The notes under the pieces: model-generated
Seen by the model: the letters and a program-made list of their open reading frames with translations, nothing else
What the model was told of the DNA's origin: nothing
Databases searched by the model: none
Translations under genes and position numbers: made by a program
NCBI RefSeq assembly: GCF_006345805.1
Contig: NC_043019.1
Coordinates: 10,353,360 to 10,417,359, forward strand
Length of the DNA: 64,000 bases
DNA from: Octopus sinensis
Taxonomy: Eukaryota
Direction of reading: 5' to 3'
Shown: one piece after another, positions 1 to 13,583 of the stretch
Position numbering within the stretch: the first letter of the stretch is position 1
Layout of the letters: every line of letters begins with the position of its first letter

Positions 1-749
1 ATACCATACTAGTTAATTAAAAATATAATACATTGATTAATTAGGAATATATTCTATGGGTTAATGAGAAAATATATCAAATATATTTGTTAATTCAAAA
101 TATAAATGAATCAATTAAAATACAAATGGGTTAGTTTAAAATGCAAAATAAATTGGTTAATTCTCAAAATCTTAATAGAAATATAAAAGCTTTAGCTCAA
201 TTAAAAATACAAAATAATTGATTACGTACAAATATATATATATAACTCTATTTTTCTTTTTTTTTTTACTTGTTTCAGTCATTTGACTGCGGCCATGCTG
301 GAGCACCGCCTTTAATCGAACAACTCGACCCCGGGACTTATTCTTTTGTGAGCCCAGTACTTATTCTATCGGTCTCTTTTGCCGAACCGCTAAGTAACGG
401 GGACATAAACACACCAGCATCGGTTGTCAAGCGATGTTGGGGGGTACAAACACAGACACACAAACATATACACACACACACATATATACATATATACGAC
501 AGGCTTCTTTCAGTTTCCATCTACCAAATCCACTCACAAGGCTTTGGTCGAACCTGGAACCATGTGGTTGGTAAGCAAGCTACTTACCACACAGCCACTC
601 CTGTGCCTATAATATATACATATATATAACAGTGTACATTTAAACATGATGGTGAAATAGTCTGGGAGCAGTTGATGTAAAGATGAAGTAGATCTGGCTA
701 CCCTAGTTGACGAGGACAAACCCAGATTTAAAATATTGGAATTCATCAT

Positions 750-791
<42 letters not shown>

Positions 792-3700
792 AGTTGATCT
801 GGCAGTGTTTCTACACCTGGATGCCCTTCCTAACGACATCCACTCCGTGAGTGTAGTCGGTGCTTTTTACGTGCCACCGACACAGGTGCCAGGCGAGGCT
901 GGCAACGGCCACGATCGGTTGGTGCTTTTTACGTGCCACCAGCACGGAAGCCAGTCAAGCCAGTGCTGGCATCGGCCACATTCAGATGGTGCTTTTTACG
1001 TGCCACCGGCACTGGTATCACAACGACAATTTCATTGATTTTTGATGTTGATGTACGTGACTCAATAGGTCTCCTCAAGCACAGGGTCGAAACGGCGTTT
1101 CTTTACTTGCCACCTGCACAGGAGTCAGTCCAGCGGCACTGGCAACAGCCGGGTGCCAGTCATCGAATTTGGTTCAATTTCGATTTCACTTGCCCCAACA
1201 GGTCTTCGCAAGCAGAGTTTAGAGTCCAATGAAGGGAGGTTGGCATGGGTGCGAGTCGTCGGATGTGGTTCGATTTTTGAATTCAATTTCGATTGAACTT
1301 GTCGCTGAAAACTAACAAACAAAACAAGGACTCTCTATCAAGTCATTCAAACTGCTGGAAATAACAGTCAAATCTTGCTCAAATCAAACCCTACTGACTA
1401 TGGAGTGGGATCAAGTATTCATTGGATAAATAGGATTCAATACTCTTTTACTTGTTTCAGTCATTTGACTGTGGCCATGCTGGAGCACCGTTCGTTATCT
1501 TTTATCTTTTGCTTCTTTCGGTTGTTAGACTAAGGCCATGCTGGAGCACTGCATCAAAGAGTTTTTAGTTGAATGAATCAACTGCAGCACTTTTTTTTAA
1601 AGCCTAGAATTAATTTTATGTTTTTTTTTATGCAGAATTGTTAAGTTATGGGGACATAAACAAACCAGTGTTGGTTGTCAAGCAATGGTGACGGACAAAC
1701 ACATATATATATATGACAGGCTTCTTTCAGTTTCCATTTACCAAATCCATTCATAAGGCTTTGGTCATCCCGTGGCTGTAGCTGAAGGCAACTGCCATGC
1801 AGTGGGACTGAACCCAAACCTATGTGGCTGGGAAGCAAACTTCTTACCACACAGCCATGCCTGTGCCCATGTGAAACAAAAGACATAAAAAAAATGAAGG
1901 GATGGACACAGCTGGAACGTCTCTGATCAAAGACCTGCTAGATCAGGACTGACCTTGGGTTAAACAACAACAACCACAAAAACTAAGTCAGCCTAATGAA
2001 GAGCTAGCTAAATTACAATTAGAGACTGCTAATTATAAGAACAGCTCATGTAATGAGCCAATGAGAGAAGCTGTTGCATGGACGCCTGGCTTGCTAGAAA
2101 TAGCAGACAAATCTCCTTTCAGTGAACCTAAGAGACGGTCATTGGGATGGAGAAAAGGAAAGAAGCAGACCCAGAAAAAAAAAACCATGTTGCAAAAACA
2201 AAAGTAAAAGCTGGGGTGGTCACTAATGGAGAGGTCTTCGATGATAAAATTCTGCTGAATCAGGGATGACCTAGGGCTGTACAAAGCAAAAAACACAACA
2301 ACTGCTGAAATGGAAGCCAACAGGACAGTCCCCACCCCTCATAGTAAAATTAAGAACCAGAAGTGGTGGGGGGCGGGGCGGAGTGGGGTTGTAGCAGCGA
2401 TGGAGCAAGGAGTGGGTAGGGATATGGTAGGTGGGTGAGGTGGGCTCGAGGTGGAGTGGTGTGAGTGTGGGAGCCTTCTTGTGCTCTAATATATAGCCGG
2501 ATATATGTGAATGTATGTATGTGTGTATCTATGTGAGTGTGCATGTATGCATGCATATGTATGTATATGTGTATGTATGTATATGTATCTATGTATGTAT
2601 ATGCGTATGTATATGTGAATGAATGTATATATATGTGCATATGTATGTACGTATATATAAGTGTGTGATTGTGTGTATGTGTCTGTATATGTGTATGTAT
2701 GTTATGAATGTATATATGTACATATATGTGTGTACTTGTGTATGTATGTATGAATGTATGTGTGTGCATGTATGCATGTGTGGGTATGTGTTTGTGCATA
2801 TGTATATGCATATGTGTGTATATGGGTGAAAGTGTATGTGCATGCATGTGTGTATGTGTGTGTGTGAGTTTAAATTCTTATCACACTTACAGGAAGTTGG
2901 TTATTGAGAGTCAACAAAACTTGGTTGATAAAGAGGAGGGTGAAGGGGACGGGACAGAAGGGGGTGTGGGGTTTATTTCTGGGAAACAGATATGTGTGTG
3001 TGAGGAGTGGGTGGGAGAGAGAGAGGGAGTTAGAGTATTATGTGGCATGTATGTGTTTGTGAGAGAGAGAGAGAGGGTGTGTGTGATGGCGTGTGTGATG
3101 GTGTGTGTGTGTGTGCATTTGAGAAAGAGTGAAATATTGTATGCGTGTGTGTGCATTTGAGGAAGCAATAGTGAAATATGTGTGTACGTGTGTGCATTAG
3201 TTGTGTGTGTGTGTGTGTGTTAGTGTGTGATATAGAGCACCAAGGCCACATGAAAATATGCCAGAGAGAGAGATTAACCAATGTAAGCCAGGACCAGTTC
3301 TTCTAATAGAACTTACTTGATAAATATATCTGTGTGTGTGTGTGTGTGTGTGATGATGTAAGAGTGTGTTATGATGCAGGAGTATGTGTGTGACAGTCTT
3401 AGATTGTGTGCAATGGTATAAGAGTTCATGTGTGTGTGTGTGTGTGTGTGTGCATTTAGGGCTAATTTGGCAACAAAACTTTCAAAATGAAAATAACTGT
3501 TGTACATTTGTTTTTCTATGTATCAGTTACATCATCATCATCATCATCATCACTGTCTTCGTTTAACATCCGCTTTCCATGCTGGCATGGGTCGGACTGT
3601 TTGACTGAGGACTGGCAAGCCAGAAGGCTGCACCAATCTGATCTGCCAGGGTTTCTACAGATGGATTCCCTTCCTAATGCCAACCACTCCAAGAGTGTAG

Positions 3701-4485
3701 TAGGTGCTTTTTATGTGCCACTGGCACAGGAGCCACAGGGGACTGTCATTGGCCACGTTCGGATGGTGCTTTTTATGTACTACTGGCATGGGGGTCACAA
3801 CTACATCATCATTGCCTTTGTCGTCGTCATCACATCATCATTGTTGTCTCCTCATCCTCATCACTGTCGTCATCCTCCTCTTCAACATCATCCTCATCGT
3901 TGTCATCCTCCTCCTCTTCATCACCATCATCATCTTCTTCCTTCTCCTCCTCCTCATCTTCATCATTGTTTCTATATTCACTTCTTTCATGCTGGCATGA
4001 GTTGGAAGAGATTCCTTGAGGCAAAATCCTATAACTCTACCAAAAGCTGCCATAAACGTCAGCATGCCAGGCAAAATGCTTGGCGCCATTTCATCGTCTG
4101 TCTTTAGAGTTAGGGTTCAAATTCCACAAAGGCTGACTTCAGCTTTCATCCTTTTGGTGTCTATAAAATAAATACCAGTTGAGCACAGGGAACGATGTCA
4201 TCGACTTGACCCTCTCCCAACCCCACTTACCCAAAATTGCTGGCCTTGTTCCAGATTCTGAAACCAATATTCTAGAATTCTCATTCTACAATCAAATATT
4301 CTTTCTGGCATTTTGTTTCCAAATATGGTGGTTTGTTCTGCATCATTGCCAAACTTTCTACTCATGCGGAACATTAACAAAAAAAAATGACAGCCCAAGC
4401 AGTGTCAGTACAAAGACGCACAGACAGAAACGCACACATATACATACAGACACACCCATGCTACATGTAGACACAGTGATTGTGT

Positions 4486-4494
4486 GAAGGATAC
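4486..4494 (-). other. U12-type (minor spliceosome) 5' splice site of the DCTN6 intron following exon 4495-4574
   Basis: Minus strand reads GTATCCTTC exactly at the end of the homologous exon. The U12 donor consensus is RTATCCTT. Confidence 0.85.
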
Positions 4495-4574
4495 AAGAAG
4501 CCACCTCGAAGACATTGTGATTCCCAATGACCATCACTGGAGTTTCATCTGTGGGGGAGCCATCTTCAGGTAAT
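4495..4574 (-). CDS. DCTN6: Dynactin subunit 6, internal exon (probably exon 4), 80 bp, phase 2->1
   Basis: Acceptor ttttctgttccag|A. Translates (K)LPEDGSPTDETPVMVIGNHNVFEVAS, matching DCTN6 PMIIGTNNVFEVG. Donor is TT|gtatccttc. Confidence 0.93.
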
Positions 4575-5979
4575 CTGGAACAGAAAATACAAACATAATC
4601 ATCATCACCATCACCATTATCATCATTAACATCTCTACAATCACCTGCATCATCTCATTCGGCGTGGCTGTGTGGTAAGTAGCTTGCTTACCAACCACAT
4701 GGTTCCGGTTTCAGTCCCATGGCATGGCACCTTGGGCAAGTGTCTTCTACTATAGCCTCGAGTAACCCAAAGCCTTGTGAGTGGACTTGGTAGATGGAAA
4801 CTGAAAGAAGCCTGTCGTATATATCTGTGTGTGTGTGTCTTTATGTCTGTGTTTCCCCTCCCTACGACTTCCAATAGTATCGTTATAACTGGCTGAGTAT
4901 TCCAGACATTCCTGCCCCTCCCTACTGTAATCCTCCAAGAGAAGCAATCAGATACCAAGTGCCTAACGATGGTGGCACTTTGGCCCACCTGTTCAGTGCT
5001 TCCGACAAGCTGCAGTACTGCTGCCGCTGGCACGACATCAGTCACCTACCACAGGTCAACCCGCAGGTATGATGCATGCTTACTTGAACATGTGACGACA
5101 TTCACCCAAGGTGGGTTCAATTGACCCCGACCAGCAAGTTCGCCATGTCCTTCACGAATACTGACGACATCTGTCGGTTGGCCCTAACTTTTTCAGCAGG
5201 CAAAAATGATGCTTCTGTCTGTGGCTCAAAAATCTATCTTGCAAATTTTACAAAAGCCCCATCAGGAGAAAAAGTGTGTTGGATCATGCGGGTGCCATAG
5301 CCGTAGAGGCACGTGGCTTAGTGGTTAGAGTGTTGGACTCGTGATCGTAAGATTGTGGTTTCAAACTCTGGACCTGATGTGTGTTCTTGAGCAAAACACT
5401 TGATTTCACGTTGCTCCAGTCCAATCGGATGGCAAAAATGAGTAATTCTGTGACAGACCGGTGTCCCTTTCTGGTGGGGGATTTACATGACGGTACAACT
5501 CGAGAAAGTGACTAACTTAACATGGTCGTTATTCACTGTTGAGGTGTAGAGTCCATATTCAAAGTATCAATGGAAATACAAATTCACATGTGGTTCCTGG
5601 TTACATGGACACACACTTTGAGATAGTGTGATCCCTAGCAGTTTTTTTAGTTTTTGATTTTCGACCATAACAGAGGATTCGCTGACCAAATCACTACTGA
5701 TTATCAGAGCAGACATAGTAAACTGGGTTTGAAGCAGGTGGTACACATGCTAGTTAACCCATAACTGGGACACTAATACTTAAGGTTAGAGTAGACGTAG
5801 GGACAATAATGGGCTCAGAGGTGGCTCCAACCTCCTCAAAAGCCTGGAACCCTTGTACCAAGGCTCCATTACTAAATGCACTTTGAAGTCTTACCCCTGG
5901 ATGCATGATACTGACTTGACACATACCCACCCATCCACCCACCAAAATGTGGCCCTACTCCTCTCACTCTCCAACTTAC

Positions 5980-6085
5980 TTGTTAATGATCTGTACACCT
6001 TCTTCAATCAGGTTACTCTCGCCAATGATGATGGGGCCGGCTTCAGCCACAATCCTGGCCTTCGGGTGGATGATGGTGCGGGCAC
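5980..6085 (-). CDS. DCTN6: Dynactin subunit 6, internal exon (probably exon 3), 106 bp, phase 1->2
   Basis: Acceptor ctgttttcag|GT, donor AACAA|gtaagt. Translates [35 protein letters not shown](K), nearly identical to DCTN6 [30 protein letters not shown]. In phase with both flanking exons. Confidence 0.96.
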
Positions 6086-7313
6086 CTGAAAACAGAGGTG
6101 AAAGGAGAGAGTTGTGAGGTCAAATACTCCACAGCAGAAGGTCAAAGGATCAGCTAAATAATATGCATGCAAGTGCTTGTGTGTGTGTGTGTGTGTGCAC
6201 ATGCTTGCTATGTGTGCATATGATAGTGTTTAAAAATAGCTGTGTATATGCACACTAGTAGATGCATGGTTCAGATATATGAGGGTTTGTATATGTGTAT
6301 CAGTGTGTGTGTATGTATACACATACACACAAATATATATATATATATATACATATATATATACATAAATGAGCATGTAATGAGGGTGGTAATAAAGATA
6401 AACCCAGATATAAAGTAATTTAGATATGAGGTGAGAAAGTGATCTTCCTCTATTTTCTTTTACCCAAAGTCAGGAACTTTACAGCAGCTACTCCTCAGTG
6501 TGTGTGTGTGTGTGTGTGTGTGAGTGTGTGTGTGTGTGTATACATTACATAACTCTGTACAGTTGCTGATACCTAAATCCCAATCATGGAATTTTGTTTT
6601 TCAAGTGAGGCAACACACCTTAATTAATAAAATGAATTCAAAGAATTCACACACACACACACTCGTGCACACAAGCAGAAACATACATAGAGAGGGGTGT
6701 GCCAGTCAACCGAAAACAAAACACAAGGACAAATAAAGATGCAAAAGAGAAAAAAAACCAAACAAACAAGCCAGTCCTAGCCAAATGGAACACACATTCA
6801 GTGAGATTAAATTAGACAAAACAAAGCCATTCAACAAAGCTGCCACCAGTGACAGTGAGAGCCTTGGTGCTACTATGGAAGCACCAACGTGCTACAATCA
6901 GGTGACTTCCTCACTCCAATCCCCCGCCCCCACCATTATGCCCATGATAATTATGCCACCGCATGGCACTGTGGTTCACAAGCCAGTAGCCATGCCTGCT
7001 CCAGTACCCTAGATGCACCAGTCTAGGGGTCCAAATCTGGAGATCTAGGCTGCATTTTCCACCGCAGCTCCAGTCCTTGTTGCAGTGTGGTGGCTTGTGG
7101 TGTGCATACCTCAGTGACCCCGAGAACCATGCCAGTGGAGTACATGCTCCAAGTAGGGCCTCCCATGCTGAACAGGTCAAAGTTTTAGAGGACCACTTCT
7201 GCCCAGGGGTTAAAAAAATGGACTTGTATGGGGTCGACACCTTACAGAAACATTGATGACAACTGAAAGCCAACAAAACTTGGGATAAGAAGTTCTTCCC
7301 TCAAGGAAACATA

Positions 7314-7528
7314 CAAAGGGGTGCTGAAAAAGTTCCTGGCTTTGCTAAAAGAAAATCCAGGAGGATCATTTTAGTTATGATTTTATTCAACCTATTCCCC
7401 TCTCACATTCACACACTTATTGCAGCAGTCCTTCAGATTTTCGAAGGCCTGTAAATGAACTCAGAAAGTTGGGCCTACAACCAGACCTTTCGCATCACCC
7501 TTAAAGCCAGGAACTTTTCAGCACCCAT

Positions 7529-7530
<2 letters not shown>
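7314..7530. mobile_element. Mariner-type MITE
   Basis: TIRs gggtgctgaaaaagttcctggcttt / aaagccaggaacttttcagcaccc. Confidence 0.8.
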
Positions 7531-7560
<30 letters not shown>

Positions 7561-8454
7561 CACACACATATATAGATGGATAGATAGATATATACAGAGA
7601 CAGAATTCCTGACAATCTCCTGACAAACTCCATACCTGATCCTAGTCATGTGACACAGCTAAAAGATTATTCAGTGACAATGGATAAGTTCCCACTTTTA
7701 TTCTTCCCCCATATTTTCTCATGTTTAGCTGGTGATATCCACTCTGGACGTTCATAACATGGAACTAATAACTGACCACTCAAAAACCTGCTTTTGACCG
7801 AAAGACATTTTACCAAAAACCTGATAACAATTTTTTAAAAGATCTCAGTAGCAGGTTTCAGTGTCTGACTAGTTCTGCACCTTATGTTCCTCATCAGAGA
7901 TTGCTTACTGCAACTGCAAATCAGATTAGAGCAACGCAATTTTCTAATGAAAAGACAAACAATCTATTACTGGAACAGATATTTATATAATGGGAAGAGG
8001 TTGACGACCGCAAATGTGTTTGCTCAACATCTAACAGCAACACTAAAAGCATGTGAAGCCACACTGTTCTCTCTCTCTATTCATATATATATATATATAT
8101 GTGTGTGTGGAGGCGCAATGGCCCGGTGGTTAGGGCAGCGGACTCGCGGTTTCAATTCCCAGGCCGGGCGTTGTGAGTGTTTATTGAGCGAAAACACCTA
8201 AAAGCTCCACGAGGCTCCAGCAGGGAGGTGGCGATCCCTGCTGTACTCTTTCACCACTCTTTCTTCTGTTGGCCTGCTCACTTAGCCAGCGGGGTGGCGT
8301 CATTTGAAGGCTAAAACAATGCGAACGCATTGTGACCAGCGATGTGTAACAACATCTGATGGTCTGGTCGGTCACGTAAAAAAAAAAAAATATATATATA
8401 TATATTCACATATATTTGACTGGGGCTGACCAGCTAAAAGCTGCCCAGACTCGA

Positions 8455-8965
8455 ATCGTCTGTTTTGGCAGTTATTTTAAGCATCCCAGTGATAATTCCT
8501 GATAGGCTGGGGGCTTTCCATATCTTCGTATTCTTTAGAAATTGCTTTATCTTCTAAGCTACTGTCGATTCAGATAGCTGGTCCCTCCGTTAGGTCCATG
8601 TTAGGCAGGCTCTCCATCTTCCATCCGTTCTCTACCTTCAGCAAACTCTCACACTGGCACTTCCAAGCCTCCTTCTTTGCAGAATTACAAACTGTAAGTG
8701 AGCCATCATCCACGTGAACACACTTCTCTCCTACGACATCATGGTTTTCTCTGATACACCGTCTTGCAATCCAAAGCATATCAAGCCTCTAGCCCTCCTC
8801 AAGCTGTAGAACATTGGCAAATTTCTTCCTTTCTGCTTCTCCCCTCGCTAAATACACCTGCCTTCTGGCTTCCCTTCTAGCTACCTGATATCGTTCTCTG
8901 TCACCACCACTCTTCCAGACCTTTAAAGGTAGGTTTCTTGGCTCTAATGGCCTTGTCTACAACAT
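8455..8965 (-). mobile_element. RTE LINE ORF2 fragment (linker between endonuclease and RT)
   Basis: ARRCIRENHDVVGEKCV...KKEAWKCQCESLLKVEN...LPNMDLTEGPAI. Confidence 0.75.
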
Positions 8966-10251
8966 TAATCTCTTTGGCGCCCACAGGGGGTTAAACATAG
9001 AGGGAACAAACAAGGACAGACAAAGGGATTAAGTTGATTACATCAACCCCAGTGCAAAACTAGTACTTATTCAATCAATCCTGAAAGCATGAAAGGCAAA
9101 GTCGACCTTGGCAGAATTTGAACCCAGAACGTAACGGCAGACGAAATACCTAATTTTTTATTACCCACAAGGGGCTAAACACAGAGAGGACAAACAAACG
9201 GATTAAGTTGATTACATCGACTCGACCCCAGTGCGTGACTGGTACTTAATTTATCGACCCCGAAAGAATGAAAGGCAAAGTCAACCTCGGTGGAATTTGA
9301 ACTCAGAACATAACGGCAGATGAAATACTGCTAAGCATTTTGCTCGGCGTGCTAACGTTTCTACCAGCTCGCTGCTTTGTTCCACCACCATATCACCTTA
9401 GGTTTGGTGGTAGAAGGAAAGGACACAGCAGAAGTGTATACCTTGTCAAACAAAAAGACAAGATGGGATGGTCATGGCTGGAACGCCTTTCGCCAGCACA
9501 CTTGCCTGGATGTACTAAACAGCAACAACAACAACAACCAAACTAGCAGGGCAACCAGAACACTCCTCCCACCACTGCCTGCTTTTATTGTACGAACACT
9601 GCTTATGCAACTCCCATTATACTTCTGGCACTCCTCTTCCTCATCATCATCATCATCACCACAAGTAACATCATTATCATCATGGTGCCATGACCTGCAC
9701 TCCTCTCCCCACAACTCTGCACTATTATCCAAAGAGGCTGATCAGCTGTGAACAGCTACACCTGGCATTTCACCAGGTGGGTGCGTCTGGCTCTGTGCAA
9801 GAGGATACTTCTCTGGCTTTTTCTCATCACACACACACACAGATATATATTTACACACACTGGCATATACATATCTCACTCTCTCTCTCTCTCTGTATAT
9901 ATATATATATACACACACACACACATACACAAACATATATACAGAAATACATATATGTGTACTTTAATTACATATATAGTGTGTATATATATGTGTGTGT
10001 GTGCATACATCTATATATCAATATATATATTTATACACACACACATGCACAGACATGCATATACAAACATGCATACAAATGTGGATACACGCATGCACAC
10101 ACACACACACAGGCGCACGCACTCAACACACACGCACCATATCACCACATACCCCCACCCACCCGTTACCTCCGCTCTCCCTATCCCAAACCAAAATAAA
10201 CGAAACAAAAAGCAGGTTAGTTCTATTTTCTTTTCCCTACTCCAGCCATTG

Positions 10252-10282
<31 letters not shown>

Positions 10283-11742
10283 ACGTCCACCACCATCACC
10301 ACCACCACCGCTACCCCCTCCGTGTGCATAACGGAGTAATAACAATCAAGTCACCTGATTACTTAACCAATTAAATAACCAACCAGCCAACACCAGACAA
10401 CAACAACAACAACCACTTAGCACTTCACTCCTTCCTCTTCACCGGGCCATACCTCCCACCGACACTCCTACCCTACTTACCACCGGGGTGAGGTGGGGGG
10501 GAGAGTCAAGGAAGGAAAGGGTGAGAGAGATTGCTTGAGTGACGGATGGAGGCATGTGGAGTGATGTTTATTCTGAATTCTTCCTGATGTGTATAATCTG
10601 CTGTGTGTTGACGCACATGTCAGTATACATGAGCATGTGTATATATACACACACACACATACATGTGTGTGTGTTTACATATGAATAAGTGTATAAATGT
10701 ACGTGTATATGTGTATACATATATATATATATGTATGTATGTATGTATGTAAGTTTGTGTGTGTGTATATATATATATATAAATATATATATGTAAATGT
10801 GTATGTGTGCGTATGCATGTGTGTGTGTCTATGTATGTGTATGAATATGTGTATAAATGTACATGTGCATTTATATGTGTGTGTGTATGTGTATATATAT
10901 ATATATCATCATATAAATGTATGTATGAATATAAGTGTGTGTGTATATATATATGTATATGAATGTAAATGTGTTTGTGTGCATGTGTATAGAAGGTGAC
11001 ACAGTAGTGGAATGCAAAAAACAAAGCAGAGAGATTCATAAAAACTTAGAGAGAGAGAGGGAGGGAGAGAGAGAGGGAGATCTGGGAGGAATGGAAGAAA
11101 GGTAGGAGAGCAAGGAATGTTATCAGGTAGAGCTACCAGAAGAAGCAAACAAGCCAGGTATACTCAGCAAGAAGAGAGAGAGAAGCAGCGGCAGAAAGTT
11201 AGAAGCAAAAAAAAGTTGCCAATGTTTTGGAATGCGAGGATCAGAGAGAGACGAGGGTGCATTGAAACTGGAAGGCATTAGGTCAGGATGAATGGAGCCA
11301 ACATGAGAGGGTGGTGTGGACCTAACAACAACAGGAACACCACATTCAGACTCACTGGAATCACAAAGAAAGGGGTTTATGGAAATGGTGCTGTGAGAGG
11401 GGGTTAAATGGGAAGAATGCACAGGAGGAATGGAGAGAGAAAAGGAAAGGGTTTTTCTATATATAGGGGCCGTCAAAGGGGACAAGTTATTGAATTTGAT
11501 AGTTATATAACCAAAATAGCCATTAAGGGTATATGGGTGGCTTGAGAATATACATATAAAAGGTGAAAACAAATGCACCTGGAGACCAATGCTGGAGTCG
11601 GATCTAAGGTTTAGGTTTGGATCTGGTACTTCCACATCTGCAGCATCCGACAAACGCTTGATAGTTTCATTGTTGGTTACCTCACTGCAAACTATGTTAT
11701 TGCACCTAGCCATTTCTGGCATCCTACTAAGTAATTTATATA

Positions 11743-11786
<44 letters not shown>

Positions 11787-12002
11787 TTATGAGAGGTAAT
11801 GGTGTCAATAAGACCCAAAGGTGTCAGGTAATGCTGAGTAAGGGCTATGGATAGATTATAGTTAAGCTCCAGGTTCGGTGATTATCCGAATAAGGAGTCC
11901 AACGTAGGCCATGTATCAGCATGTGTATATACAAAAAGTATTTTTTTCAGAATGAGATAAAAAACCAAGGCTGTGAAGATTTTATAACATTTATAGATAG
12001 AA

Positions 12003-12051
12003 GGTCTTACAGCTGTTTCCAGGATATTTATAATATCCCTTCATCGGAATC
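12003..12051 (-). ncRNA. Degenerate hammerhead ribozyme (Penelope-type)
   Basis: Minus: CCGATGA-a-gggatatt(ata)aatatcct-g-GAAA-CAGCTG-TA|aga. Core U4->C change and poor stem I. Confidence 0.55.
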
Positions 12052-13518
12052 AGCCAAAGGGCATAGTAGAAGTTAACCCCACATGGTTGAGAAGCGACCT
12101 TCATGACCTCACAGTCATTCCCGTATATATATATATGTATCTTATGTAATTGATAAATAAACAGAGCTAATTTAGCTATTTTTTCTTCAGGTTCAGAAAG
12201 TGATGAATAGCCTTAATCGATTTTCAAGCCTTATTGCCTTCTCATCAGTGATGTCGAAATCAATTTGGTCAATCAAAGAGAACAAAGCAGCCAATCTGTT
12301 TATATGCTCAACAAGTTCAATAGCTACAGACAACTGGAATAATTACTGTAAAAACCCATGGAATTTGCGCACCTGTGTAATTTACACAGGTGATTTTTCA
12401 GGATAAAATTTGTTAAAAAAAGCTTCTACTCATGTGAAATTCATACCCCAAAGTTTTCAGAATTGCCGATATAGCCAGAGAGAAAAGGTTTACAATTTAG
12501 TTGTATTTGGCATAATTTCACTTACTTATGATTAGAGTTTATTAAATTTTCATTAAATAAAAATAATTTCTGTTTAACAGGTATTACGGGATGTCTTCCT
12601 TAACACCGCCCACAGAGTGGACTACGTGCTTTTTAGATGATGTGTATGGTTAAAGAGACAATTGCATAAAAACAAAAAAAGTGTCAAGTGTTTAAAGTGG
12701 ATGACGCCAGAGAAAGAAGAAAACCGACAGAATAACAGTCCTGAATTTACTCTTGGCTAAAGTCTACTCTGAAGCCCTTGAATTCCAGGATTTTGTTGTT
12801 TTCACTTCCAGGTCGGGAATTTCTTCTCTCACCATTCCACAAATTCTGCTGTGGGAACAAGGCCATCTGCATGCAAGTTCTTCCCATGGACAGTTAACCT
12901 TACACTTCTCTATTATAGATTTGGGCACTTAAAATAAACAAGACAGGGTTACGGACTCACCTGAGCCTTTTGTTTTTTACTTGCTTCAGACATTAGACTG
13001 CAGCCATCCTGGAGCAACACGTTGAAAAGATTTTAGTTGAACAAGGCAATATCATGACCCTAACCCTAAACCTGACACTTATTCTATCGGTATCTTTTGC
13101 TGAACTGCCAAGTTACAAGGGATGTAAACACACCAACATCAGTTGTCAAGTGATGGTGGAGGGACAAACACAGACACAGATATATAGATATACAAATATA
13201 TAACGGGCTTCTTTCAGTTTCTGTCTACCAGATTCACTCACAAGGCTTTGGTCAGCCTGAGGCTAGAGTAGAAGACACTTGCCCAAGGTGCCATGCAGTG
13301 GGACTGAACCCGGAACCATGTGGTTAAGAAGAAAGCTTTTTACCACACAGCCAAACTGCACATAATTTTTAACAAAATTTCATATGTACTCGCAAGGACC
13401 ATACGGACGTCCGAGGGCCATATGGACCACAAAGGATCATATGGCCCCAGGTTGAGAACCAGTGATTTATAGAGAGAGGGAGAGAGAGAGAGAGAGAGAG
13501 TGTGAATGTGAAACTCAC

Positions 13519-13583
13519 CTATTGATATGTCTCCAATCAAATCGCATTCTTTACACACAATGGCCATGGGAGCAATCTTGATG
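13519..13583 (-). CDS. DCTN6: Dynactin subunit 6 (p27), internal exon (probably exon 2), 65 bp, phase 2->1
   Basis: Acceptor ttttcttccacag|C, donor ATAG|gtgagt. Translates (x)IKIAPMAIVCKECDLIGDISI(G), matching the DCTN6 N-terminal left-handed beta-helix (human [22 protein letters not shown], from memory). Confidence 0.93.

Noticed and set aside
2350-3281. Long ORFs rich in HT/YI/CV/MY dipeptides (also 9690-11039, 43933-46640, 55437-58000)
   Set aside because: They are translations of CA/TA/CATA/GA microsatellites, not genes.
12208-12252. Minus-strand CTGATGA...GAAA-ATCGAT-TA hammerhead-like string
   Set aside because: Stem I cannot form and stem II is weak, so it is treated as chance.
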